A DNA stretch of 64,000 bases from NCBI GenBank assembly GCA_963845565.1, contig CAWJSJ010000002.1:1120001-1184000 (forward strand). Reading direction: 5' to 3'. The first letter of the stretch is position 1; every line of letters begins with the position of its first letter. Below are positions 55,163-64,000 of this stretch, one piece after another. Source of the DNA: an uncultured Methylomirabilota bacterium (GTDB lineage Bacteria > Methylomirabilota > Methylomirabilia > Methylomirabilales > 2-02-FULL-66-22). A model generated the notes under the pieces. That model did no database searches. It was given only the letters and a program-made list of their open reading frames with translations, and was not told where the DNA came from. Made by a program: the position numbers and the translations under genes.

Positions 55163-55675
55163 ATGGCTATTCGGCGCATCGTGACCTACGGCACACCTAT
55201 TCTTCGACAGCGCACCCAAGAGGTTGCCAACCTGAACGGCGATCTCCAACAACTCATCGACGACATGGCGGCGACGATGTACGCGGCGCCCGGCGTGGGA
55301 CTGGCCGCCAACCAGGTGGGGAGCCCGCATCGCCTCTTCATCGCCAATCCCTCGGAGGATCGGGATCCGGGGAAACTGCTGGTGGTGATCAATCCAGAGG
55401 TCGTGGAGAGCGATGGGGAGTTCGCGTCGGAGGAGGGGTGTCTGTCCGTCCCGGATTTCCGGGAGGAGGTCCGGCGGGCGCGCCGCGTCCTGTTGCGCGG
55501 GCTCGACCGGGAAGGCCGGCCGATCGAAGTCGAGGGCCGCGACCTCCTCGCGCGAATCTTCCAGCACGAGATGGATCACCTGAACGGCCTGTTCTTCGTG
55601 GACCGTCTCAGCCCCGCCAAGCGCGACATCCTGATCCGGAAGCTCAAGAAAGTCTTCCTCGAGCCCAAAGACTGA
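55163..55675 (+). CDS. def: Peptide deformylase
   Basis: GVGLAANQ, EGCLS, QHEMDHLNG. Confidence 0.96.
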   Translation: MAIRRIVTYGTPILRQRTQEVANLNGDLQQLIDDMAATMYAAPGVGLAANQVGSPHRLFIANPSEDRDPGKLLVVINPEVVESDGEFASEEGCLSVPDFREEVRRARRVLLRGLDREGRPIEVEGRDLLARIFQHEMDHLNGLFFVDRLSPAKRDILIRKLKKVFLEPKD

Positions 55676-55842
55676 GCGGACCCGCCTTCGCGATACGCCT
55701 GTTCCGTCATGGTTCTTCGCGCAGGGCAGATGGCCGCGGCCGCCAATCGCTGTCGAGCACGCTCGGACCAGTGCGGCCCCGGCGAATCTGCTGGGCGCGG
55801 GACGTGTCGGACCGCAATGCAACGGGCCGCGGCGAGGCGCGG

Positions 55843-56979
55843 TCAGGGCAGGCGGGTGCCGATCCACTCGCGGAAGAAGGGATCGGCAAACCGGTATTCC
55901 CCGTTCGCCTTGACGAGGACCTGTTCCTTCAAGAGTAAGCGCAGGGAGGTCTGCACCGAGGAGTGCGATCCGAGGCGGTGCGCCGCCAGGAATTCGCGGG
56001 CGAAGACCTTCTGGCCGCCGGATCGGGCAATCGCCTGGAGCACCTGCCGCTGGTGCACGGAGAGCCGCTCCCAGGCGGCGCCGAGGTGGGGGGCATCCTG
56101 CTCCAGAATCCCGGCGATCGCGTCCCGGATGTCGCGCTCGGTGACGTGCGCCGCCCGCCCGGCCCGGAGCGCCCACACCTGATGGCACAACCGCTGAACG
56201 TTGTAGGGCACGTCGTCGGCCGCGGCCAGGATCGCGTCCACGACGTCCGCGGTGAGGCGCAATCCGCCGCGGCTGAACCGGGCCTGGAGGAACGGCGCGA
56301 ACTCCTGCGGGGGGATCGGCCCAAGCGACACGATCCGGCCGAACTTGTAGAACGGACTGCGTTCGCGGGTCGCCATGTCGCGTAACGTGCTCTCTCTCGA
56401 ACCGGCGAAGAGATAGCTGACGTGCCGATGGGTCTGGAAATGGGACCGCATGGCCTTTTCGAGGTTGGCGCGCGGGAAGCGCTGGACCTCCTGGAACTCG
56501 TCGAACACCAGCACCAGACGGTGCTTGCGCTTCATGGCGAGCCGCTCCGGTAGCGCCAGGACCTCCTCCTGCAGGGCCAGCGCGCTCCGCGGAGAGGTGC
56601 CGATGTCAAGAGAGAGGGTGGGCTTGCCACGGGAATCCGCGCCCACCTGGGGTCGCAGGCGGCCCAGCAGCTCCGTGGCGAGGCGCAGGAGCCGCTCCGG
56701 CTGCGATTCGGCGGCCCGGAGTACCGTCTGCGCCACGAGCTCCATCAACTGCGTGGGTGTCGTGGTGCGGAAGACGTCCACATACGCGACGAGGACGCCC
56801 TGACGGCGCAACCGGTCGAGCAGCGTCAGGATGAGGGAGGTCTTGCCGTACCGCCGCGGCGAGAGCAGGAACAGGTGCTGGCCGTCTCGGAGTTCTCGAC
56901 CCAGCTCGGCCAGCTCCGCGCGGCGATCCGCGAAATCCTCGCCGCTGACCACGGAGCCGAATCGAAAAGGATTCTGCAT
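55843..56979 (-). CDS. AAA-type ATPase (archaeal-ATPase family) with C-terminal wHTH
   Basis: NPFRFG...FADR, SPRRYGKTS, FDEFQ, FAGS, SPFY, C-terminal FADPFFREW. Confidence 0.85.
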   Translation of the reverse strand: MQNPFRFGSVVSGEDFADRRAELAELGRELRDGQHLFLLSPRRYGKTSLILTLLDRLRRQGVLVAYVDVFRTTTPTQLMELVAQTVLRAAESQPERLLRLATELLGRLRPQVGADSRGKPTLSLDIGTSPRSALALQEEVLALPERLAMKRKHRLVLVFDEFQEVQRFPRANLEKAMRSHFQTHRHVSYLFAGSRESTLRDMATRERSPFYKFGRIVSLGPIPPQEFAPFLQARFSRGGLRLTADVVDAILAAADDVPYNVQRLCHQVWALRAGRAAHVTERDIRDAIAGILEQDAPHLGAAWERLSVHQRQVLQAIARSGGQKVFAREFLAAHRLGSHSSVQTSLRLLLKEQVLVKANGEYRFADPFFREWIGTRLP

Positions 56980-56989
56980 GGGCGCTCCT

Positions 56990-57066
56990 GATTATGCTTC
57001 TGTGCATTATGTAGTTCTACATAACGCACATGCGCATAATGTAGGCGCTGGCGCGGTCCGTGTCAA
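56990..57066 (-). promoter_or_regulatory. Promoter and long palindromic operator of the ATPase gene
   Basis: Minus strand TTGACA-17-TACATT; nested palindrome ATTATGC..TGTGC.TTATGTAG-TT-CTACATAA.GCACA..GCATAAT. Confidence 0.7.
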
Positions 57067-57113
57067 GCCGCGAGTGGATGGAGTGAATGCGTGGCGTGCC
57101 CCAACGGGAGGGG

Positions 57114-57776
57114 CTAGGACGTGTGGGGTGAGGGTGCGGGGCACCGGACGCCGGTGCCGCCGAGACCGCAATAGCCCCCCGGGTTCTTGGCCAGGTACTG
57201 CTGGTGATAGTCCTCTGCGTAGTAGAACTCGGGCGCGTCGGCGATTTCGGTCGTGATCTCCTCCAGGCCGGCGCTCCCAAGCGCCTGCTGGTAGGCCCGG
57301 CGCGAGGCCTCGGCGGCGGCGCGCTGGGGCGCGCCGTAGCAATAGATCGCAGAGCGGTACTGGGTGCCGAGGTCGTTTCCCTGGCGCATGCCTTGCGTGG
57401 GGTCGTGGCTCTCCCAAAAGACGCGGAGGAGCGCGTCGTACGGGACCACCGCCGGCTCGAAGACCACCCGCACGACCTCGGCATGGCCCGTCAGGCCGCT
57501 GCAGACCTCCTGATAGGTCGGGTTCGGCGTGAAGCCGCCGGCATAGCCGACGGAGGTGGAGTATACCCCCTGGTGCTGCCAGAAACAGCGCTCTGCGCCC
57601 CAGAAGCAGCCCATGCCGAACAGGGCCAGCTCCGTTCCGGCGGGAAACGGCGGCTCCAGCCGTGCGCCGGAAACGGCGTGGGTGGCGGGGGCGGCCATGC
57701 GCTCGGGACGACCCGGCAAGCACCGTTCTGGTGTCGGGAGCGCGGGTGAGCGCTTCTTGGGGAACCAGGACATCAT
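57114..57776 (-). CDS. msrA: Peptide methionine sulfoxide reductase A
   Basis: [38 protein letters not shown]. Confidence 0.95.
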   Translation of the reverse strand: MMSWFPKKRSPALPTPERCLPGRPERMAAPATHAVSGARLEPPFPAGTELALFGMGCFWGAERCFWQHQGVYSTSVGYAGGFTPNPTYQEVCSGLTGHAEVVRVVFEPAVVPYDALLRVFWESHDPTQGMRQGNDLGTQYRSAIYCYGAPQRAAAEASRRAYQQALGSAGLEEITTEIADAPEFYYAEDYHQQYLAKNPGGYCGLGGTGVRCPAPSPHTS

Positions 57777-57865
57777 GCTATACGCCTTCGACACGGCAGC
57801 GGGGCGAAGAGTGGAGAAGACGGCCGCGAGCAGCCACTGGCCGCTCGCGGCCGCGGACGAAATGC

Positions 57866-58483
57866 CTAGCCTTGCAGGGCCTCGTGGACCTTGCCCACCA
57901 TCTTGGCGCCGGGGTTGACGAGCGTCTTGTCCCCGTCGTCCTTCCACTTGGACGGACAGACCTCGTTGGTCTTCCGGCCGACATAGACGTTGGCCTTGAA
58001 CTTTCGCAACAACTCGTCGATGTTCCGGCCGATATTGTACCAGTTGAAGTCCGCGTTGAAGAGCGTACCCTCGGGATTGATGATGAACGTCCCGCGGAGC
58101 GCCAGGCCGGTGTTCTCGTCGTACACGCCGAACATCCTGGCCAGCTTGCCGGTGGGGTCGGCGCCCATCGGGTACTTGACGTTGGCCAGCTCCTTCTCGT
58201 CGCGCTGCCAGGCCAGGTGAACGAACTGGGTGTCGGTGCTCACCGTGACCAGGTCGCACCCCATCCGGGTGAATCGCTCGTGCTGCTCTGCCAGAGCAGC
58301 GAATTCGGTCGCTCAGACGAAGGTGAAATCGGCGGGATAGAAGAAGAGGATCGTCCAGCGCTTGTTCTTGACCTGCTCGGCCAAGCTGAACTTCCCGAAC
58401 TCACCCTTGGTGGGCTCGTACGTGGTGAACTCGAAGTCGGGCACCTTCTGTCCGAGCTTCACGCCGCCGCAGCATTCCGACAT
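57866..58483 (-). CDS. Selenocysteine-containing peroxiredoxin (AhpC/PrxU type); in-frame UGA at 58313-58315
   Basis: [17 protein letters not shown] places UGA exactly at the peroxidatic Cys; the frame continues to VCPSKW. Confidence 0.9.
58282..58300 (-). promoter_or_regulatory. Putative bacterial SECIS hairpin
   Basis: GCTGCTCT-GGC-AGAGCAGC, a perfect 8-bp stem starting 13 nt after the UGA, with G in the loop. Confidence 0.7.
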
Positions 58484-58591
58484 GATCGCGCCCCTCCTTT
58501 CGGCATGACGAGGTTGAGGAAAAGGAGTCGTCCACAACAAATCGAGGCTACCCCAGGAAGCCGAGAAAATCCACTCTTCCGCGTCTGGCCG

Positions 58592-61486
58592 TCAGCCAAG
58601 GGCCTCGGCCAGGACCTCCACCAGGTGTTTCGCCCGGCGACCCGTACCGTCGGCGATCTGCTGCCGGCAGGAGACACCGGCCGCCACGATTTCGCAATCC
58701 GGCCCCTTCGCCTTGATGGCGGGGAAAAGCCGTCGCTCCCCGATGGCGATGGACATGTCGTAGTGCTCCTTCTCGTAGCCAAACGAGCCGGCCATCCCGC
58801 AGCAGCCGGAGTCCACTTCCTCTACCTGGGCTTCCGGGAGCAATCGCAGGATCTGGAGACTTGGACTGGAACCGACCAGCGCCTTCTGATGGCAATGGCC
58901 GTGAAGCATCACGGATTTGACCCCGGCGCGAAGCGGCAGGCCGAGGTGCCCCTTCTCGTGAAGGCCGAGGAGGAACTCCTCGATCAGAAAGGTCCCCTTG
59001 GCAAGCCGCTCGGCCCGCGGGTCATCCAGCAGGTCCGGGTATTCGTCGCGAAAGGTGAGGATGCAACTCGGCTCGAGACCGACGATCGGGATATTTTGCT
59101 CGGCATACCGAGAGAGCCGGTCCACGTTGTAGGTCGCGTTTTCCTTGGCCTGCCTGATCAGCCCCTTGGAGATCATGGGTCGGCCGCAACACTTCTTGTC
59201 GGCCAGGACCACCTCGAAGCCGGCCGCCTCCAGGACCTTCACGGCCGCCTTGCCGAGCTCCGGATGATTATAGGTCATGTAGGTGTCGTTAAAGAGAACG
59301 ACGGGGCCGCGCGTACCCGGACCTGTTGCAGCGCCGCGGGCACGGGGTTCCCCATTCCGTCGCGCGAACCAGCGCGTGAACGTCTCGCGGGCGAACGGGG
59401 GGAGCCGGCGGTTCCGATGGATGCCGAACAGGTGATCGAGGAACCAGCGCGCCGGGGCGCTGTTGGCCACCCAATTGGAAACGGGAGCGAAAGCGCAGCC
59501 CAGCCGGTTCAGCGTTTCGATGTTGGCGAACAGCCTGGCGCGCAGTGGGGTGCCGTGGCGGGCATAGTACTGTCCCAGGAACTCGTACTTCAGCTTCGCC
59601 ATGTCCACGTTGGACGGACATTCCGCCTTGCACCCCTTGCACTCCAGGCAGAGGTCGAAGACCTCGTACATGCGCGGGGAGGTCAGGGCCTCGGCCGGCA
59701 GATGGCCGTTGATGGCGGCGCGGAGCGCGTTGGCGCGGCCGCGCGTCGAGTGCTCCTCCTCTCGGGTGATCATGTAGGAGGGGCACATGGTCCCCTCCAG
59801 CTTCTTCTTACAGACCGCGGCGCCGTTGCACATCTCGACGGCCCGGTCGAATCCCCCCTCGCGGGCGAACCGAAAGAAGGTCTTTACCTGGCGCGCCCGG
59901 TAGCGCCCGCCGTACCGAAGATTGGCCGTCATGGGGGGCGCGTCCACGATCTTGCCGGGATTCATGATCCGTTGCGGGTCGAAGGCGGTCTTCAGCTCGC
60001 GGAACGCCTGGTAGAGGGTTGGGCCAAAGAGGGTCTCGTTCCAGCAGGATCGCGAGAGGCCGTCCCCGTGCTCGGCGCTCATGGCGCCGCCGAATTCCTG
60101 GACGAGCGCGCTCACCTGCTCGGCGATGGCGCGCAGCTTTTCCACCTCCGGATCCCGCTTGAGATCGAGGATCGGGCGGACGTGGATGCACCCGACCGAG
60201 GCATGGCCGTAAAAGGCGGCCTCGACCTGGTGGGAGCGCACGATGGCATCGAGGCGCTTGAGGTACTCCGCCAACCGTTCGGGAGCGACCGCGGTATCCT
60301 CGATGCCCGCGACGGGTTTCTTGTCCCCGATCATCCCCAGGAGGAGCGCCATCCCCGCCTTGCGAACCGTCCAGATTCTTTGCTGTTCCTCGGGACTCAG
60401 GGCGCGCGTGAACGCCGTCCCGATCCGCTGCCGTCGGCAATGCGCCTCCAGCCGGTCCAGCTTGGCCACGAGCTCCCCCGGCGTCTCGCCGTAATACTCG
60501 ACAAACAGCAGCGCGCCCGGGTCGCCCTGGACGAAGGTCATCTGCCGCGCGTATTCCAACGACCGTCGGGTGAGGTCGAGGATGTATTTGTCCGCCAGCT
60601 CGATGGCCGTCGGCCCGGTGGCCAGGATCTCGGTCGTGGATTCGAGAGCCTCGAACATGGTCCCGAAGTGGACGACCATCAGGGCGACTTGGCTCGGCGT
60701 GGGCCGTGGCTCCAGGTTGATCTTGGCCTCCAGCGTGGTGGCCAGGGTGCCTTCGGAGCCGACCAGCAGCCGGGCGAGGCTGAAGGGCTGCCCGTTTACG
60801 AACTCGTCCAGGGCGTAGCCCCCGACTCGGCGCAGGATCTTCGGGTAGCGCGCAAGGATCTCGTTCCGGTGGGCACCCACCAGGCGATGGAGCGTCCGGT
60901 AGAGGTCCCCTTCCCGCGTCGTCGCGGCGAGGGTTCGTGCCAGCTCGTCCTCGGCGAGGGTCCTCGCCGAGAGGATGTGGCCGTCGGGCAACACGACGGT
61001 CATCTCTTTCACGTGCTCGAGTGTGCGGCCATAGACGATGGAGCGAGCCCCGGAGGCGTTGTTGCCGATCATGCCGCCCAGCGTGGCGCGGTTGCTGGGG
61101 GAGACGTCGGGGGCGAACCAGAGGCCGTGCGGGCGGAGCTGGGCGTTCAACTCGTCCAGCACGACGCCGGGCTGGATGCGCGCCCAGCGCTCCTCCGCGT
61201 TCACCTCCAGGATCCGATTGAGATACTTGGACATGTCAAGGACGACGGCCCGGCCCACGGCCTGGCCACACAGGGAGGTCCCGGCGCCGCGCGGCAGGAT
61301 GGGGACGCCATGGCTCGCGCAGATCTCCACGGTGGCCAGGACGTCGTCGGTGGTCCGGGGAATCACCACGCCCAGCGGCTCGATCTCGTAGATGCTGGCG
61401 TCGGTGCTGTACAGCACCCGGGTCATCTCGTCGAAGCGCACCTCACCCGCGAGGCGCTGTGTCAGGTCGCGCGTCAGGTCATCCAC
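58592..61486 (-). CDS. FAD-binding / 4Fe-4S oxidoreductase (YdiJ / GlcD-GlcF fusion type)
   Basis: RGAGTSLCGQ, GSEGTL, EHGDG, CNGAAVC, CLECKGC, CCG motifs. Confidence 0.92.
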   Translation of the reverse strand: MDDLTRDLTQRLAGEVRFDEMTRVLYSTDASIYEIEPLGVVIPRTTDDVLATVEICASHGVPILPRGAGTSLCGQAVGRAVVLDMSKYLNRILEVNAEERWARIQPGVVLDELNAQLRPHGLWFAPDVSPSNRATLGGMIGNNASGARSIVYGRTLEHVKEMTVVLPDGHILSARTLAEDELARTLAATTREGDLYRTLHRLVGAHRNEILARYPKILRRVGGYALDEFVNGQPFSLARLLVGSEGTLATTLEAKINLEPRPTPSQVALMVVHFGTMFEALESTTEILATGPTAIELADKYILDLTRRSLEYARQMTFVQGDPGALLFVEYYGETPGELVAKLDRLEAHCRRQRIGTAFTRALSPEEQQRIWTVRKAGMALLLGMIGDKKPVAGIEDTAVAPERLAEYLKRLDAIVRSHQVEAAFYGHASVGCIHVRPILDLKRDPEVEKLRAIAEQVSALVQEFGGAMSAEHGDGLSRSCWNETLFGPTLYQAFRELKTAFDPQRIMNPGKIVDAPPMTANLRYGGRYRARQVKTFFRFAREGGFDRAVEMCNGAAVCKKKLEGTMCPSYMITREEEHSTRGRANALRAAINGHLPAEALTSPRMYEVFDLCLECKGCKAECPSNVDMAKLKYEFLGQYYARHGTPLRARLFANIETLNRLGCAFAPVSNWVANSAPARWFLDHLFGIHRNRRLPPFARETFTRWFARRNGEPRARGAATGPGTRGPVVLFNDTYMTYNHPELGKAAVKVLEAAGFEVVLADKKCCGRPMISKGLIRQAKENATYNVDRLSRYAEQNIPIVGLEPSCILTFRDEYPDLLDDPRAERLAKGTFLIEEFLLGLHEKGHLGLPLRAGVKSVMLHGHCHQKALVGSSPSLQILRLLPEAQVEEVDSGCCGMAGSFGYEKEHYDMSIAIGERRLFPAIKAKGPDCEIVAAGVSCRQQIADGTGRRAKHLVEVLAEALG

Positions 61487-61601
61487 GCGAGTCTCCGATC
61501 CAATGCAAGACCGACAACCGACACCGAGGAGCCGACCACCGAGGAGCGGTCGGAAGTCTCGGCCTCAAATCGTGCCCCTCGATCCCGGCTGCCATTTGCG
61601 A

Positions 61602-62606
61602 TTAGCTGCCTGTCCAACCGAGCCGGTAGATGGTGTTGGTGCTGGCGATGACCATCCGACCCCGAGGATCGAAGGCGAGTCCGACGAGGTTCTCTCCGGC
61701 GACGGCCAGGGAGGCGGAGCCGTCTCGGGCGATGCGAAAGATTCCGCGCTCTCCGCCGTGAATCGCGACGACGAACAGATTGCCGTCGCGGTCAAAAGCC
61801 AGGCCCTGCGGTCGGGCCAAATGCTCAAAGTAGCGCGCGACCGCCCCGGTCGGGCCGATCTGGAAGATGGGGTCGTCGTTGGACAGCGTCGGCGCAGTGA
61901 CGTACAGGTCGCCGTCCGGTCCGAAGGCCAAGTGGTAGGCCGCCACGCTGGCCGGCAGCTTGGCGAAACGACGGACCGAGCCCTGCGGCTCCACAGCGTA
62001 AATCCCGCCCGCGCGGTCTCCGACAAAGAGGGTTCCGTGGGCGCTGAAGGCGATCCCCGTGGCGATTCCCAATCCGTCGGCGAATACCTCGGTCTGGCCT
62101 GGGCCGGTGAGCTTGCGAACGGTGCCGTCGTTCCGGCAGGAGATGAACAGTGTCCCCTCGGCGTCCAGGGCCAGCGCGGTGGGGTTCAGGAGGTCGCTGA
62201 TATACGGTTCGACGTCGCCGCCCGCCGAAATCCGAAATACCGACACCCCGGTGGGCGCGGCCTGGCCTCGGCTGCCACTGAAGGTCGTGATGACCCGCCC
62301 CTCGCCATCCACCACGGGGTTGGCGACGGGGTGGAGCTCGTCCGCCAGCTTCTCGGCCACCTCGAAGAACGGTCCCTGGAAGACACCGTCGGGCCAGGCG
62401 ACCCGGAGGAAGCCGGAGGCGGCGCCTTCCGGGATGGGAACGATCATCTTGCCGGGGGCCGCGATCAAGGGCCGACTCCCGGCGGTGTCGAATTGCGGAG
62501 CCACCTGGCCCAGATCCATGGTGCAAAGATCCTCGCCGAATATCGTGACGCGCCCGCCTTCGACGCCGGCCAGAGGGTGCACGCGGGAGATGCGGGGACT
62601 AGTCAC
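61602..62606 (-). CDS. IPT/TIG + beta-propeller (SMP-30/NHL-like) protein
   Basis: N-terminal Ig-like segment; repeated P.GLAFD..G.LFV blades; GTG start after AGGAG. Confidence 0.75.
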   Translation of the reverse strand: MTSPRISRVHPLAGVEGGRVTIFGEDLCTMDLGQVAPQFDTAGSRPLIAAPGKMIVPIPEGAASGFLRVAWPDGVFQGPFFEVAEKLADELHPVANPVVDGEGRVITTFSGSRGQAAPTGVSVFRISAGGDVEPYISDLLNPTALALDAEGTLFISCRNDGTVRKLTGPGQTEVFADGLGIATGIAFSAHGTLFVGDRAGGIYAVEPQGSVRRFAKLPASVAAYHLAFGPDGDLYVTAPTLSNDDPIFQIGPTGAVARYFEHLARPQGLAFDRDGNLFVVAIHGGERGIFRIARDGSASLAVAGENLVGLAFDPRGRMVIASTNTIYRLGWTGS

Positions 62607-62700
62607 TGGGCGCTCCTGTCGAAAGTTACGGGTATTTGAGGGATCGGCCCCGGCGACGCCGAGGATCCCGCTGGACACGGGTGGCGCGTGGTCCCGGCAC

Positions 62701-63627
62701 TCACGGTCTGCGCCCTCGGCCGGCGCCGTCCAGGAGCGCTCGTAGCCGTGCGAGGTTTCGTCGGTCGGCGGTGACGAGGTCGTCCCCTTTGGGCGTCTCC
62801 AGGATCATGGGGACGGCGTGGAAGCGAGGGTCGTTCAGAAAGAACCCGAACGGCCTCAGTCCGATCTGCCCTTCCCCGATGTGTTCGTGCCGGTCGACCC
62901 GGCTACCCAGCCCCTGCCGGGAATCGTTGAGATGCACGGCCGCCACCCGGTCAATCCCGAGACAGGACTCCAGTTCCCGCATCATCCCCCGGTATCCGCG
63001 CACAGACCGCAGATCGTAGCCGGCGGCGAAGAGGTGGCAGGTGTCCAGGCAAAGGCCGATGCGCTCCGCGGCCACGACCTGCCCCACGATGGCCGCAAGC
63101 TGCTCGAATCGGTACCCCAGACTCGTCCCCTGGCCGGCGGTCGTTTCCAGGAGGACTCGGACGCGGTGACTCGGCCGGGCGTCGTGGAGGAGGTTCAACG
63201 CCTCGGCCACCCGCGCGATGCCGTCCGCTTCCCCCGCCCCGACATGGGAACCCGGGTGCGTGACCAGGTACGGGATGCCCAACCGTTCGGCTCGGTCCAG
63301 CTCCTCGCCGAAGGCCGCCACCGAACGTTTCCACAGGGCCGCGGCGGGTGCGGCCAGATTGAGTAGATAACAATCGTGGGCCACCACCGGCCCGATGCCT
63401 GCGGCGGATAGGTTCTTCCGAAACGTCTCGACCTCGCGGTCGGGAAGCGGCCGCGCGTGCCACTGGCGGTTGCTCTTGGTGAAGATCTGGATCGCCTCGC
63501 ATCCGACCTCCCGGCCCCGCAGGGGAGCCCGGTCCACACCCCCGGCAATCGACATGTGGGCGCCAAGGGGAGGGGTCCGTCGCGCCTGCTCAGCCCGCGG
63601 GATGTCAACGCCTTGCCGGGCAGTCAT
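62701..63627 (-). CDS. nfo: Endonuclease IV
   Basis: GAHMSIAGG, HDCYLLNL, HPGSH, LETTAGQG, DTCHLFAAG, HLNDS, DRHEHIGEG, ILETP. Confidence 0.95.
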   Translation of the reverse strand: MTARQGVDIPRAEQARRTPPLGAHMSIAGGVDRAPLRGREVGCEAIQIFTKSNRQWHARPLPDREVETFRKNLSAAGIGPVVAHDCYLLNLAAPAAALWKRSVAAFGEELDRAERLGIPYLVTHPGSHVGAGEADGIARVAEALNLLHDARPSHRVRVLLETTAGQGTSLGYRFEQLAAIVGQVVAAERIGLCLDTCHLFAAGYDLRSVRGYRGMMRELESCLGIDRVAAVHLNDSRQGLGSRVDRHEHIGEGQIGLRPFGFFLNDPRFHAVPMILETPKGDDLVTADRRNLARLRALLDGAGRGRRP

Positions 63628-63896
63628 GACGCCTCGCACGCACGAGGCGCGCCGAGACGCACCGCCGGGTACCGGTCGGCGAGCAGGCGACGAAAGCGAG
63701 GCAGGTAGATGAGGTCAAAAACCGACTCCTTTCCGGGAAACAGCCGCACGGCGGTGTGGCGAACGGCTTCCACCATCGCCTCTGCGTCGGCCAGGGGCAT
63801 GTCGGTCTGCGCAATCACACTGAAGGTCAGTTGCACCGCGGTGCGGAGTTCCCGCACACGCCGGTCCTCGTCGTCCAGCTCTTCAGGGGTCGCCAT
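63624..63896 (-). CDS. Conserved hypothetical protein (90 aa)
   Basis: RBS GGAGG; overlaps the nfo start; FPGKESVFDLIYLPRFRRLL. Confidence 0.65.
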   Translation of the reverse strand: MATPEELDDEDRRVRELRTAVQLTFSVIAQTDMPLADAEAMVEAVRHTAVRLFPGKESVFDLIYLPRFRRLLADRYPAVRLGAPRACEAS

Positions 63897-64000
63897 GCAC
63901 CCTCCAGGAACGCCTCCGGACTATAACAGACCAAGGAGGGCTTTCCAAGAACGAGGGGAATCCGCTTGCGGCATCCCGTGAGGCTTCCTAGAATGGAACA

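Noticed and set aside
57662..61651. 1329-aa plus-strand ORF and other long antisense ORFs (e.g. 20764-22707, 40082-42010)
   Set aside because: These are shadow ORFs opposite well-supported genes in high-GC DNA, with no recognisable motifs.

Overview
GC-rich bacterial chromosomal segment, probably from a long-read metagenome assembly. Several conserved genes carry single-base frameshifts, and 10.7-15.8 kb is locally garbled. Housekeeping and metabolic content: glucuronokinase-like GHMP kinase + galU, MoxR-DUF58-transglutaminase, cyclophilin, HpxW-like GGT, imuA-imuB-dnaE2, a SnoaL/ABC/DUF1116/amidohydrolase catabolic cluster, a TRAP transporter, ilvE, a sigma54 two-component system, gltA, iolD, ftsEX-envC-ctpA-tsaD-def, msrA, a selenocysteine peroxiredoxin, an FAD/Fe-S oxidoreductase and nfo. 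The most unusual part is an accessory block at about 31.3-36.2 kb. Three diverged, co-oriented ~150-bp elements each carry ~19-bp terminal inverted repeats and the same internally deleted N-terminal remnant of a RAYT/Y1 HUH transposase. They alternate with toxin-antitoxin modules, one of which looks like a complete integron cassette with its attC. Further attC-associated orphan genes follow, and there is no integrase or intact transposase in the window. All family assignments come from motif recognition by eye; no database searches were run.
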